This document shows, piece after piece, positions 26,337 through 40,695 of a DNA stretch of 64,000 nucleotides. Source of the DNA: Octopus sinensis. Its lineage: Eukaryota. A program made the position numbers and the translations under genes. The stretch lies in the NCBI RefSeq assembly GCF_006345805.1, contig NC_043002.1, positions 99,262,001-99,326,000 of the forward strand, in the 5' to 3' direction. Under the pieces are notes generated by a model. It saw only the letters and a program-made list of their open reading frames with translations. It made no database searches and had not been told where the DNA came from. Position 1 is the first letter of the stretch; each line of letters begins with the position of its first letter.

Positions 26337-27268
26337 AGATATTAATATGACTCATAATTTCTTAGTGGATGACCTCAAGTTTTATGCGAAAAATGATAAT
26401 AATGTCAAGAAAGAAAATAGAAGCTCGAATTGATAACAAAATTTTCAGCTGATATAAGAATGGATTTTGGTCGAAGGAAATGTTCACATGTGATTGTTGA
26501 ACGGGAAAAAATCTATCCACAAGACTCAAAGCATGGTCTCAATATCGCTCTTGTTCCACACAAAGAATATTGCAGTACCTAGGCATTGATGAAAACGTAC
26601 CATACGAAGGTGCTGTGAATAAAGATAGAGTAATCCAAAAATATTTTGCCAGATTTAGAAAAATACAAGTGAATCCTCAACGATACATTTGCAGTATCAG
26701 TGCTGATTACAACGTTTCGGATACTTGACTATTCTGTAGGGAAAATACATTCCACAGATATTAAAGCCTACAAGTCATCAACTGCGAATTTCTACAGAAA
26801 TGATAATATCAACAAACTCTACCTCAGAAGAGATGAAGGAGTTAGAGGTTTAAGATCAGTGCTGACGACCTTGAAATGCCGTATATTCTCTCGCAGAATT
26901 CACATACTAAGCAACAAAATCAAAGTTAATTAGATTAACTTAGTGCTTAAAAGGGAAGAGAACCGTAGGTTGCGTTTCGGCAGCGTGCTCCTTGGAAACA
27001 CCCTCTTCTGGATGACCTCATATCCAACACTAAAGCAACTGGACTAGCATATCTCAAAGAATACATGGATGTTAAATAGTCAGTATGCCAAAACATAAAC
27101 CAGGCGTGGGTATTTTTCCCGAAAACCCGAAGACAGTAATATATAGTCCTGCAGCATTGCCTCGCTTGGACTAGTAACCGCTACATCATATCACTTTTCA
27201 AAGGCTATGCTTTTGCAATCCAAGAACAGGAAATTGCTACGATATACCTAATAAATAAAAGAAAGTGA
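26337..27268 (+). pseudogene. Decayed RT/thumb region of an R4/Dong-like non-LTR retrotransposon
   Basis: Frameshifted translation gives THNFLVDDLKFYAK (catalytic DD at about 26368-26373), FSADIRMDFGRRKC, KLYLRRDEGVRGL and AIQEQEIATIYL. Confidence 0.8.
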
Positions 27269-27283
27269 AGCCCTTGGCCGACA

Positions 27284-27324
<41 letters not shown>

Positions 27325-27341
27325 GACATATACACATTTAC

Positions 27342-27468
27342 TATCTTATATAAAGAAAGACTCATTTTGTAATTTAAGGGATTACCAAGAGCTAACCAAC
27401 AACATTCGCGTTCTCAAAACACTTTAAATAGTGTTTAAGGTCGAACACTGAACTGCTTTCTGTGAAGG
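27342..27468 (+). repeat. 127-bp direct duplication, copy 1 (copy 2 at 27885-28011); Helitron-like TC 5' start
   Basis: Manual alignment shows under 10 differences; begins a|TCTTATATAAAG. Confidence 0.85.
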
Positions 27469-27884
27469 CAATACACGATTTTTATGTTCTGATCATATTT
27501 CATAGGTGTGTTCGAGGATTTACTTGATAATTAAACAACAAACATCATGTTTGTTTTTTAATAATGTAATAACGTAACGGAATTGATGTAGGAGTGACAT
27601 TCATAACATTTTTACATTCTAACTGAACGCAATGAATAGCGTATAATAATTCTAATTCAATATAATTCCGTTGAATTATATAATATTTATAAGTATCCAT
27701 TTACCAAGCGTATCCTGCACCATGCTATGTACTCCAGTGAATGCATAACATCAATCAATATTTTACTACCATCTTTAATTACTAGTTTGATCAACAGCCA
27801 ACGCACATACGTTCACTCACGAACCACAGTTGGTTGATATTGATTGCTAGCAACAGCCAGCAAGTTACGATCTTATAAAAAAGT

Positions 27885-28011
27885 TATCTTCTAAAAAGAA
27901 AGACTCATTTTGTAATTTAAGGGATTGCCAAGAGCTAACCAACAACATTCGCGTTCTCAAAACACTTTAAATAATGTCTAAGGTCGAACACTTAACTGCT
28001 TTCTATGAAGG
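27885..28011 (+). repeat. 127-bp direct duplication, copy 2
   Basis: Matches 27342-27468. Confidence 0.85.
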
Positions 28012-28389
28012 TATGCTAAAATTGAATGCATCAAACATTGGAGATAAACTTCAATGTTACACATATAGAGCATTCGTATTTTCAGACCTTACGAAACTTT
28101 CAATTAATATTTACTTGTTCCACTCACCTGACTGTGGCCAGGCCAGGCAAGATCGTCACCTAGAAGAAATAAGGAAAACAAATCGACTCTTGTACTTATT
28201 CTTTTGAAGTCTGGTATTTATTTTAAACAAACCAACACCAGTTTTCAAGCCGTGCGACGACGAAGACAAAATACACGCTCGAATATACACACACATATTC
28301 TGATATTTATATACTAATGTTTATATCTAATACATTTTTCGCTGCATTGTTTATTTGTCTTTTTATTCTATCTGATATTTGTTATGGTT

Positions 28390-28620
28390 CTTCTATAAGA
28401 ATGAAGTTATATACGTTAATTTACCACTTCTATATACGAAAACGTAGAAGAAATCTTGCGAAGCAGAATTTATTTTAACAAGATACCTATTAAACACCTG
28501 AGAAGACACATCTACACCGAGGGATACACCTAAACCAAATGTCCAGAATCCGGTCCGCAAGGGCTCGATGCTAGAGGGGTCGAAACAATTGTAACGATTA
28601 AAGAAGATTTTTGTATCTTC
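28390..28620 (+). mobile_element. Possible heavily decayed Penelope-like 3' end
   Basis: ...CEAEFILTRYLLN* resembles PLE endonuclease C-termini; followed by GAAAC-AATT-GTA (palindromic stem III remnant) without a CTGANGA core. Confidence 0.35.
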
Positions 28621-30109
28621 TATATTCTGTCTCACTCGTTAGTCAAATATATATATACACATACGCATCCATATATTAACTCGGTATTGCCTGACAATAG
28701 CCAAATTTTCAATAATTCTGGAATAACTTAAACGATAAAACCAAGTGTTCATTTGAAACTATACAGTAGTGTATCTAAACAACTCTAATGCTATCAGACA
28801 CCATTTAGGTCATAAAAGTAATTATGTCTTCATGTAAATAGTATTTTCTGAGCAATAGTCAACTCGATTTTAGATTGAGAATATTCATTCACTTACATGT
28901 AGACATACATACATACATGCATACACATTTAGAAACATACTTGCAGAACTGTAGATTCAGAAATGCCGCAGTTCATGATTGCAAAATAAGTTATAAGTTA
29001 TTTAAGCCAGTAATAACAATAGACCAACCCAATTAACTTCATCTCTAACTGCTTTTTATCCATTTTTAATAAATAAAGGATATTAGCACACTTATACAAG
29101 AGGTGCTGTGTAGGAGAAAACCAGATTTCTGATTGTTGGTTTGCAAAACCTCTAATAATTTCATTTGACTCCAAATATTCCTACAAAAGACTAGAATGTT
29201 ATTTTGTTTGATTGTTAAAATAAACGAACTTTGAGCCAGGCCAAGAGAGAGTATTGTTTATGTAAGAGCAGTAAACCTTTTTATAAACGGAAGATCTCCA
29301 TTGTTACCAAAGATTTATTTCCCGGTTATGGTTGATAAGATCGTAAGAGATCTGGAAAAATAATTTTTAAATCCATTGTCCTTTCTAAAACCATCTGGCT
29401 CCTCTGTGATTTTAGCAGAATCTCATCTGCTGAGTGCCGGTGGTTGGTTTGAGATTCGGAAGCCTTGAATAAAGAGTTCTGGTCAAAACCCTTCTTGTAG
29501 CTAAACTACAGAATTTTTAAAATGTTAATATCATACAAATACGGGAGATGGAATATAAACATTCTAACAAAGATGCAGCTTTGAAATTCTATATTTCATG
29601 CACCATTTTACTTTTCCTATGTAATGTTATTTTCTTGAAAACCGATAATTTCGTGTCTAAGAATATTTTGCTGATATTGAATTAGTCTATTTTCTTTTAT
29701 ATAACAAATATCGAATTTTAAAAATTCAATGTAGTTTTTTATGCACTTTTTATGGATAGTTATGTAGTTATGTAATCGTTCCCAGTTTTACAAAACACAA
29801 TATGCAAGTATGTATATATATATATATATATTATATATATATATACGTACGTGTGTGTGTGTGTGTGTATATACATATATATGTACGTATGTATGTATAT
29901 GTATTCATGTATTTCGTAAGTATATGGATTTCTTATTTTGTCTATTATTGTTTTTGTATAGAGCTTTACAAGCCTAAATTATCTCAAAATCAATGTAAGA
30001 CTTGAAGATTAAATTTTATATTTTATGAATTAAATATTTCATAATGCAATCACGAATGGATAATTTAGATTCGAATGCAATCATAAACGTTAAATATATT
30101 CAATAGTAA

Positions 30110-30204
30110 TCATAATGATTATGATGATGATGATGATGATAATAATAATAAAAATAATAATAATAACAATAATAATAATAATAACAATAATAATAATAAT
30201 AATA

Positions 30205-30243
<39 letters not shown>

Positions 30244-30406
30244 AAATAAGTAGAAGAAGAGGAGGAAGAGGAAGAAAATGAAGAAGAAGAAAAAAGATGA
30301 AGAAGAAGAGGAAGAAGAAGAAGAGGAAGATGAAGAAGAAGAAGAAGAAGAAGAAGAAGAAGAAGAAGAAGAAGAAGAAGAAGAAGAAGAAGAAGAAGAA
30401 GAAGAA
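30110..30406. repeat. Compound (GAT)n-(TAA)n-(GAA)n microsatellite
   Basis: Direct reading; the poly-Ser ORF is an artefact. Confidence 0.97.
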
Positions 30407-31714
30407 ATAGAATTAAATAAAGATACTAGAAACTGATTTAAGAGAGGATACACACAAAATTATATTTTATAAAACTTAAAGAATGCAAGGCATTTTGAAA
30501 TGGGTATAAATTTTGACGAAACATGCTGGACAAATTAGCGTCTGTATTGTGATTTTAAGTAGGTTTTAAAGTTCATAAATATGTTTGGATAAATTCTAGT
30601 TAATCAAATCTATTCTGTGAATTTTATTTATTTATACTGTAACCATATAAATAACTCATTTACACGTACCTTTTCATTCAAGTAGACATTCTGTATACAT
30701 TTGGAATATTGTCAATAGTGGGTCGATGAAAATCCACAAAAGTCTATTCGTTCCTTTTTAGATGAAAATTCCTTAAGAATTTTTCTTCGTCCGCTATACA
30801 GAATTCCGTGAAGTGTAACACGTATAGAAACAGACTGTGTGATGCTCTATCAACTCAACATTCTCAGTCATGTTATTTCATACACCTGAATGAATGGACT
30901 TATTTTTCAGACAAAATTAAATTGATTAAATATTGATTGTTTACACTTATACTGTAGAGTTTATATCCGGGGTGTTTTGTTATTTTCAATGTATGTTTAA
31001 CCTTTATACCCATTTGTCAGAGTTCGTTTTTTTTTAACTTTTTACACGCTCCTTTGTCCGGTGTGTAACAATGAAATCAATGTATCTACTAATGGAGAGA
31101 GTCAAGCATTTTCGATTTTCAGTCTAAACTACTCTGAAACCATAGTGAAGAAGAAATGCAAGAACTCACGAACTGATTTTCTAGATTAACGAAAAACTTT
31201 AATACTCTCGTCAGATTGCTTATTTCAGATGAATTTTAAGTAAGCTCAGTTTTTAATTGAAGACCAAATAAAAAGTTTTAATTTTCGTAATCATTTTCTC
31301 TAATATCATGACATATTAAACTAAATAATTTCATCAAATATGCATTCCATTATATTATATTGATTACTTATGTCATATAATTATGTATTCTTATTAACTG
31401 ATTTCGATTTCTTCATGTCAGTTAGGCAATCTGCTAGCCTCTAATTTGTAATATCTGACATATTTTGTTGTGGTCATAAGGATGTTTATTTATTCAAACT
31501 TCCTAATCCTATCACACCAACAAATATATAATATGAGAGGAAATGAAATAAAGAGTAGTGTCTTTATTATTTAAAGTAAATTCAGAAGACAAGGCTTGGT
31601 TTAAAATAAGCTACAGCAATCAATGGATAATATAAAACGGAACTGAAGACAGGTTTAGTGTCACAGTTTGATAATAGTCATCAGCCATTGATAATTAATG
31701 CCTATGCTAGACAT

Positions 31715-32170
31715 GAATATTGGTTTCAAATTTTGGTGCAAGGCCAGCAGTTTTGAGGGATCGGTTGAGTTGATTACATCGACCTCAGTGCTGAAATGGT
31801 CCTTATTATATCAACCTAAAAAGATCAAAGACAAAGTCGAGTCCGGCGGAATTTGAGTTCAGAACGTTATGATGGACGAAATGCCGCTAAGCATTTGTCT
31901 GGCGTGCTAACTACCCTGCCAGCCCACCGCCTCATGTTAGAAATTAATATTGGTTTTAAATTTTGGCTCAAGGCTAGCAATTTTAGGGACGGGGTAAGTC
32001 GATTACTTCAATTCCAATGGTTAATCGGTACTTATTTTATTGACACCGAAAGGATGGAACACAAAGCTGACATAAGCGGAATTTGAACTCAGAAGATTGA
32101 GGCGTTTTGAACTCAAAACAGAAAGGCATTTTGTCCGGCATGCTGACGATTCTACCAGCTCAGCGTCTTT
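31715..32170 (-). mobile_element. Two adjacent degenerate family M SINEs
   Basis: Each has an aatattggttt.aaattttgg tail, a gtcgattac core and a ggaatttga.ctcag B-box complement. Confidence 0.75.
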
Positions 32171-32658
32171 TCCTAAAAATCAATATTGATATATTTTTAT
32201 CATCCTAAAAGAGGAAAATATTATCTAAAAAGACATGTATCTATAACCTGAATATATTGCATAAAAGCTATGAAACTTAAATGCCACGTAAAATTGTATT
32301 ACTGGCTGAGTCTGTCATCTTATCAGCCGACAAACAATTGTGCAACATCGCTCTTAGTAATATTTATAGAACGATGATCGTTATAGAAAAATAATCTACT
32401 TCTCTTAAGTTCGTTACGATTTATTTTTGTCCTCACAAAGAAATAACGAAAGTATAATAAAGAAAAAATATCAGAACCATTCAGAAAAGAATGGATCCAT
32501 ATTGTCATGTTGATAGGTCTGTGTTATGTTGGCATTGATAGATATAGAAAAGAGCGATGGGCAATTTGGCAGCAAACTTGATATTTGGCAGTAAACTTGA
32601 TTTTCGCTCATATAGCTTTTTTTTATGTCTCGAATATTACTTTATGTAGTTTGCTTGT

Positions 32659-32716
<58 letters not shown>

Positions 32717-34344
32717 ATATATATTGTGTGTGATCATATATGTTTATCTGCGCATACAGATTTGTATATGCATGTGCTTGTGTATGTGTGGGGGTTAGTG
32801 ATTGGTAATGAAGTATGCATGAATGCCTATGTGTTTTCATTGGTAGACGCTATGTGGCAGTCAATTTTGGAAAATATATTGATATATTGGAGTAGACGAA
32901 TGGTAGGGACAGTGAGGCAGACGCTAGGATAATGCATTAGTGAATTTAGTTATGTATTACCGCATTCCGAGTTCAAATTTTCACGAAGAAAAATTCGAAT
33001 GATGCAGCACTGTCACACGTTCTGAAATGCCTTGCGTAGTAAGTCGATGATATATTTGAATAGGAATTCTCGAACTATTATTGATATTCATATCTCTAAA
33101 CGATGTTTAGTTGGCGGAGCGTAAGACAGGTGGTAGTTTTATGCTGTTCCCAAGTTAATCGCTACCATCCGATCATTGAATGCCTTTAGTGAAGTCCATC
33201 ATCTTGCGATCACATTAGCAAGACAGCAGTTTAAGGATAATTTCCTTCTTCTGGTCTCGGAAGCCGTGAAAATGGTCAAGATCGCTAGTTTCCTTCGTCT
33301 AATCAAATGATCAGAAATACACATGAAACATAGCTATATTTCAAGAGTAATGTTTCAGGTTTACTAACAATTTCAAATTCCCATGCATTTAACCTTATTT
33401 GTGTCTGTGTGTTGTGTATGTGTCTTTGCGTGTGTGTGTGTGTGTGTTTCTGGGTATGTGAGTGTGCCTCATTATTAAAAAATTAATGAAATAGAACCAG
33501 CTGTATTTTGTGGAGGGTCGATGAAACGGCAAGTCGATGAAACAGCTAGTTGATGAAACGTTGTACCTTCCTAGATAAAGGATACTAGTTGTTGTTTATA
33601 CTTCTGTCAAGCCTGACGCTACATAACTATGAAAATCGGCCTTGTGGTGGCAATCCTTCGAATTTCTTTTGAGAAATTATATATCTAGGAGTACATGAAA
33701 ATAGGATGCAATTGAACAGTAAAACAGCTGCTCTCGGTGATGGCCTACTCATTGAGTTTATGATATACTATAAAACAGATACGAACCAGTCTGAGAGCCT
33801 CTTCGTGGACATTCAGTATGGTAGATATAACAGCCAAACCTTTATCGTATGACGTTCCACTGCGCTACAAATCAAAGAAAAACAAAAAAGATTAATGTTT
33901 TGTAAAGAGAGAACTAAGTTGAAATGAAACATTTTTGATCATAGGTCTGCTTGATCAGGGCTAAACAGTAACAGACATATAAAACCTCTCTCGTTTCATC
34001 TCAAAATGCCAGTAAGAGTGCAATATACGTTTAGATTTTCTCTACCACATCCCATATATTTGTAACCTTTTGTCACGATGGAAGAAAATCAATATTTTAT
34101 CGTATGCAGTACTAATTTAATATAAATCCGCAGCAGTATCTTTCCAGCAATATATCACAAGGTATTAAACCTTAATTGCGCTCGCTGTCATCCAAATGTT
34201 CCCTTGTAACCTTTTCTACTACTACTCAATCAGCCTCTATAACTCACACACATCTCCTCTATCAAGCACTGCACAACGCATCGCATACAAAATATACTTG
34301 CTATTTATATATCAAATATTCATACTTGTACTACAAACAACTAC

Positions 34345-36003
34345 ATGATTCTTTATATATATATATACTACGCCAGTATATCCCCCATCTTACTTAACAA
34401 ATCCCTTATTTTTGCCCGCAAACTTTCACTCATAGACAGAGAAAAAATTGACATAATACTATTAGCTAGAAAAACCATAATAGAATTCGACGGTAGACTC
34501 TGGACCAGATCCGATACCCCCGACAATTTCGATGTGGCTATGGACTCGAGCGATTCAGCTCAGGTGACTGACCTGGTCGGGGCCTACCTGCTCAAGAAGC
34601 TTTTCTCCGAGGTACCGGATCTTCAGGGGGTCTATACAGAGACGACGCTCTCTTCATATACCCCACCAACAATAGGAGTAAACTAGAAAGAATTAGGAAA
34701 AAGATCAGGCCTTTTTCAAATCCTTCAATCTTAAACTAGAATTTATGACCAATACTAAAATAGTAAACTTCTTAGATGTTACGTTAGATTTGAATAAGCA
34801 CCTTCACCACCCGTATAGGAAACCGAAGAGACTACCAAATACATCACCATACCTCTTCCAACCATCCACCCTGTATAATTAGCACCACGGTCCAAGCCAT
34901 CTCAGACAGACTGGCAAAACTATCCTCTAATAGAGAAATTTTCAATAATCATGCACAACACTACAACCAGGCTCTCTATAGTGCCGGGTATAACCAGAGA
35001 ATATCATATGTAGACCACCCGGGAGCGTCCGTCGGCCATAAAACTCCCAATTATATCGAACTCAGCACTCAACTCACACTAGCGATAATTCTAATTTAAA
35101 CTCCAAACAACGTATAGGAAATAGGCGAACTAATAGAATAGCACACAATAGTAACCCTCCCGACGAAAGCAATATAGATCCTATTAGGAGAAATAGAAGG
35201 GATAATAGTAGATTACGCAAATATATATGGTTCAACATACCTTACAACTTAGCAGTTAGGGGTAAGTTAGTAAGAGAATATTCTCTATAATTTCCAACAA
35301 CTTCCCACCCACCCACAAGTATAGAAGTATCTTCTCCAACAAAACTATTAGGATTTCCTACTCTACACTGCCCAACATGAGCTGCCTCATAGCTAAACAT
35401 AAATATTAATATTAGAACAGCTAGATCAAGAGCAAACCATAGCGACCAACAGAACCCCCCCTCATCTAGACAGTAGACAACATAACCAGACTGGTAGCCA
35501 TACTACCCAAACAGTTAGTAATAACACCCGCCAACACAACAGAGGAAATACTACACCCATCAACAACCAGGAGGATACCAACGCCCCCACTCGTATTGCA
35601 ACATCTCCGCCTGGGATTAGCAGCATACGACCGAATAATGCAATGCAATGCAACTGCAGATGTGCATCAGAGTGCCCGCTGCAGGGCGCATGTAGGGCCA
35701 AAAACGTAATATATTCATGTGAGGTGAGTACTCAGTTTAACACACTCACCTATATTGGTTGCTCAACCTCCTGGAAATCCAGATACTACAACCACCGGTC
35801 CTCGCTGAGACACAGACATAAGGCTAACAGCACCTCCCTCTCTAAAAGAATTTGGGAATTAAAAGACAAATTGCATAGGCTTGTATAGAACTCCTGAACA
35901 TCTTGAAATCAAAGACAAACACAATCTTATTAACAAAAGGTCAGAGTTCAAACCATCCTGTATACACAAACTTATTAATACTTTCAAATACTACAAAGCT
36001 TAG
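34345..36003 (+). pseudogene. PLE RT-GIY-YIG ORF with several frameshifts and an apparent deletion after ...IWELK
   Basis: ORF-track pieces 34345-34686 and 35643-35888 plus manual translation of the intervening frames. Confidence 0.88.
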
Positions 36004-36161
36004 GTCTTATACCAACTCCCCGCAATTTCCTCCCACCCGGTGCAACCTATCGGCTCCAGCACTTCCCGTTTTCCTATATGTGCGTGTATATGCGTATGTG
36101 GTGTGTATGTATGTGTATGTGCACATACGTGTACGTGTGTGTACATATATATATATATACA

Positions 36162-36203
<42 letters not shown>

Positions 36204-37896
36204 TGTGTATGTGCATATACGGTTCCCTGCATTTTCCTCCTATATATACAAATTTTGTCTCCCATATATGACTTCTTTTCCCTAAATATTTCTTCTCCTA
36301 CACCCATATCCTCCCTATATAGTCTCTTTAATTCCCTATATCTAACCTTTCACATTTCTAACTCGGATGTTGAACGCACACCGCCAAACTCCACTTCCCA
36401 CCCTTCCAATTTTCAGTTCCCCCCGCCCGCCCCTACGTTTAACACACACCTCTAACTTTCAACCACCTTCATCTCATGTTAAATTTTACCAAATTATATT
36501 TTTATCTTATGTTATTTATTTTATTTTTACTTTTATTTTTACTTTTATCCTACTTCCATTTATTTTTATTTTTACTTTTATTCTACTTCCATTTATTCTC
36601 ATTTTTATTTTCATCCCTTACCTTAACTCTTATAATTTTTATAATTCTTATATTTCATTTCTAACTATTACATTGTATCTTATTTTTTATACTGTATCTT
36701 TTATTTCTAATTTTTACCCTTACCCACATTCTTACCCCTAACTTATCGCTTTATACCTCTATATATGTTTATTTACTTACCTATAGATCCACTTTTTGAC
36801 TATACGAGCGTCCGCGTACGTGTGTATACGCATACATACATATGCACGCGCATATATGTACATGCATATTTCGATATCTTATAGCTATACCCATGTGCGC
36901 GTGTGTGTCTCTGTGTATGTGAGTGATATGTGCACGCGCATACGGACACACAGCCGTGTGTGCGTGCACGTATAGTCATGAGTACGTGACTGTTTACATA
37001 CGTTCTTATATACATCCTTTAATATCTTATATCTCGACCTAGAGGCGTGGGCATATACGTGTGTGTATGTAGGGATGGGCGCGTATGTACATGTGAGTGT
37101 GTACGCGTATAGTGTCCGTGTATGCATGCGGATATTCTGTTGTATGTATGTGTGTGTACGCGCGTGCGTGTGGGTGCGTGTGTGTTTATGTAAATGTTTA
37201 CACGCGAGTGCGTGTGTATGCTTATAGGCTTGGAGGCGTATATGTACGCGTGTATGTGGGTGTATGTATCCATGATGATATGTATGTACTGGAAGTCCAT
37301 TTAATTCAAGAAACCAGATTAAATGCTCATCAACTCTGACTTACAACACATTAGGTCCCCAGACGAAACTGTTGATTTACTGACAATTCTACAACTAAAT
37401 TTTATCAATCTCCTGACCACCATGCTTGGTCCGTAACCTCTATACATCCCTTATCTTTACATTCTTTTACATTTTATCATGTTTTTATCATGTTTTTTTA
37501 CTCTTATTTCTATTTCTATTTTTACTTTATAACCTTATGCCTTTACATTTACTTATATTTCTTTATATTTCTTTATATCCTTTATACCCCCTTTACATCT
37601 CCTTATAACTCTTTATATCTTTATGCTCTACATTTTATATTTTTCTATACTTACACCTTTTATACATTTGTTATCCCTGGTCCCGAATTCTCGCCCCTCC
37701 ATCTTCACGTCTATATATGTATTATTTATTTACATTACCTCAACATCCAGTTTTCCTCATTCTACATTGAGAGAGGAAGGAGATGGACGCTTCAATTCTA
37801 TGCTGCCGCCGCATTATGTCGTACGTGAATGAGAGGATTCGCATCCCCAACCAAGACTTTTTGATGTAACACATGTCCTTGTGGAAGCTGTTGTGC

Positions 37897-37974
37897 GCGG
37901 CTGAAGAAGGCCACAGACATACATTATGCATTGTTATAAATCTGTCTAATAAAGGCCCGAAACATATGTACCGC
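37897..37974 (+). ncRNA. Type I hammerhead motif of the Penelope-like element
   Basis: GCGG-CTGAAGA-A-GGCC[about 41-nt insert]GGCC-C-GAAAC-ATAT-GTA-CCGC; stem I 4 bp, palindromic stem III ACATATGT. Confidence 0.8.
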
Positions 37975-38078
37975 TGAATCCTTCGCATCATTTTTTATTT
38001 TATTTTGATCAATTTAATCCACCACCTACACCACCAAACGGTATACACAGGTGCTTATAATTATCAAGTACTCACCCC

Positions 38079-38156
<78 letters not shown>

Positions 38157-38403
38157 ATAATAATAAATATTAGGGAATAAATCCAAATTTACAGGGAAAA
38201 TCAGATTTAGGATTGAATCCAATTTTATAGTAAAATATTATCTCATGAATGTCCTTAGAAGAGACACGAAACAATTGTAGTGGCGAATTTAATTTTATTT
38301 AATTTATATAAATTTTTTTATGTATTGGATTAAGTCTTTCTTTGTTTGATTTGCATAATAGTGGTTTTGTCTCTAATTAATATTATTATATATATATATA
38401 TAT

Positions 38404-38447
<44 letters not shown>

Positions 38448-40509
38448 TATGTGTGTGTGTGTGTGCGTGTGTGTTTGTGTTTGTGTGTATAAACAAACGG
38501 AAAATATGATCTACCTATATATATATGATAAAAAAAATACGCGTCGTAAATAATCCTGAAAATATTCTTTATGTAACACCTAAATGAATTCCTTTATGTT
38601 TGACCCATTTGTAGAAATATTCTGGTAGATTTTGTGTCACTCTGTCTCTTTCCTTTACTTTGCTTCTCTTAATTTCTCTCTCTCTCTCTCTCTGTCTTTG
38701 TTTGTTACCCTTCTCTCACAATCACAAGTTCCGTGACGACCTAAGGCGATGTCATTCTATTTCACGTTGCCTTCGACCGTACTGGACAGGACTTTCTGAG
38801 CTCTTCGCTCTACTCATCCCGGGTATAGTCCTTTAGGAGAGTTTTCATTTCTTATTCGCATTATCCATTTTTGCCTTGTCTTGCAGCTCATTATCAGTTG
38901 TTATCCTCGTGTGGCCCTAAGCCTTTATTCTGTTTATTGTTTTGTCCCCGAACATGTTTCGTTTTATTATGTTTAGGTCCCAATCCAAGTTTCTAGTCGG
39001 TGCCTCCAGAGCGGAAGCAATATTTTTGATAATGACTGAAATTGCGTTTGACTCCGATAACTGATGAAGGCTTGCTGACCTATGTTTTCTGTCCGCCTCT
39101 GTTTTTAGTAGTATATGTTCGTTAGTTTATTTACTACCTGTTTATTTTTATTACATATATATATATATATATTTATATATATGTGTGTGTGTGTTTGTAG
39201 GCAGGTAGGTCACATTTTCCGCTTGTCTTTCTACTTAATCCTGAAAATATTATTTATATAACGCACGCACTCCTTAAATAAAGGAAAGAGACAGAGTGAC
39301 ACAAAAACTACCATATATATATATATTTTTTTTTTTTATATTAGAAGGTTTGGAGGTGATGTACAAGTATTATATATTAGAAAAAATAAGGTGCTCCGAA
39401 ATCTGGATGGTTGAACATTTACAGATTTTTATTAATATGTCACATGTTTTTATAAATCATATAATAGCGCTTGCATCTACTCTAGTAGAATCTCCAGATT
39501 TATATATATATATATACATATATATATATTTATGTATGTATTTATGTATGTATATGTATATGTATATGTATATATATGTATGTATATGCCTTGTTTCCTA
39601 CATTCCCTATTGCTCAACTCGACTTCAACAGTAACTGGGCAGACCAATTTGGAAATGCATTAGTCGTTTTATATATCTTTATATATGTCTTTTTATGTCT
39701 TGCAAAATATTATTTAATGTATCCTTCCATGTTTTAAATGATAGGATCAGGTCTGAGTGCATCTTAGTGTCTATTTTTTGTAACTCGAGGAAATAAAGCA
39801 AACAAGAAAAAAATATTGAATATCTTGGTTTCTAAACATTAAAAATTCTTATTTTTCTTTGTCAATTCACACGCCTGTTTCTCTTTAAAAATTGCTTTGT
39901 ATTTGTTCGAAGTCTTCATTGGTATATTTGTAATAAATTCATTATTGCACAACAGAAGGGCGTCGACTTTTATACGTTCAAAGGCAATAAAATAAAGTAT
40001 CAGTCAAGAGTGAGGTCAACATCATACTCTACTCCGTCCGACGAGATTGCATTCGTAAGTAATTTAATAAATGCAATAACAACAGAAACAAGTGTAACTA
40101 TATATTTAAGAAAAGTTCGCTTCGCAACCACGTGGATTCATGTTCAGATCCTCCGTGCGGCAACTTGGCCCAGGTTTCTCTATTAAAGTCCAGGGCAAAA
40201 CAATGACTTATAAAGTAAATTTGTTAGATGGAATGTGTAGAAGCCTACCCTACACTTCCTAGCTTTCTTACAAAGGGATCTGATGCTCTTAGCTTCGACT
40301 TTTTGGGGAGCAACTATAGTGAACCATCTCAAGTGTAACTCTCCCGAAATAGTCGTGACTACTGGGACTTGACTGAGGAAAGAAAGACATGAATGACTCG
40401 TCTTTTTGCCTTTCTTTCTTTCTTTGTCTGCCTTTGTATCTTCTATCTGCCCGATGTTTTTATGTCCTCTATTGCGTTTATATTATATATATATATAATA
40501 TATATATAG

Positions 40510-40541
<32 letters not shown>

Positions 40542-40558
40542 ATATATATATGTATGTA

Positions 40559-40623
<65 letters not shown>

Positions 40624-40695
40624 GAGGGGCGTTCAATAAGTAATGCCCCTGACCCACTTCCCATAGCAGTAGAGCAACGAAACTTGGCACAGTTA

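Larger units (their letters stand above)
34330..38070 (+). mobile_element. Penelope-like retroelement (RT + GIY-YIG endonuclease, long 3' region, pLTR with hammerhead), frameshifted; 5' boundary uncertain
   Basis: YYASIS, FDVAMDSSDSAQVTDLVG, GLYRDD (about 34630-34647), NFLDVTLDL, RKYIWFN.PY, ISYSTLPNM, then CNCRCASECPLQGAC...VIY...YIG...RYYNH, LINKRSE; hammerhead at 37897-37974. Confidence 0.9.

Noticed and set aside
29325-29500. 57-codon minus-strand open frame (YKKGFDQNSLFKAS...) after a tttag
   Set aside because: Weak polypyrimidine tract, no link to other exons and no recognisable homology; consistent with chance.
33510-33565. Triple (t)gatgaaac motif
   Set aside because: Short and without hammerhead stems; no supportable interpretation.
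36004-38070. Selenoprotein/SECIS module as reported for some Naiad PLEs
   Set aside because: I could not identify a TGA-rich peptide ORF or a convincing SECIS by eye; SECISearch would be needed.
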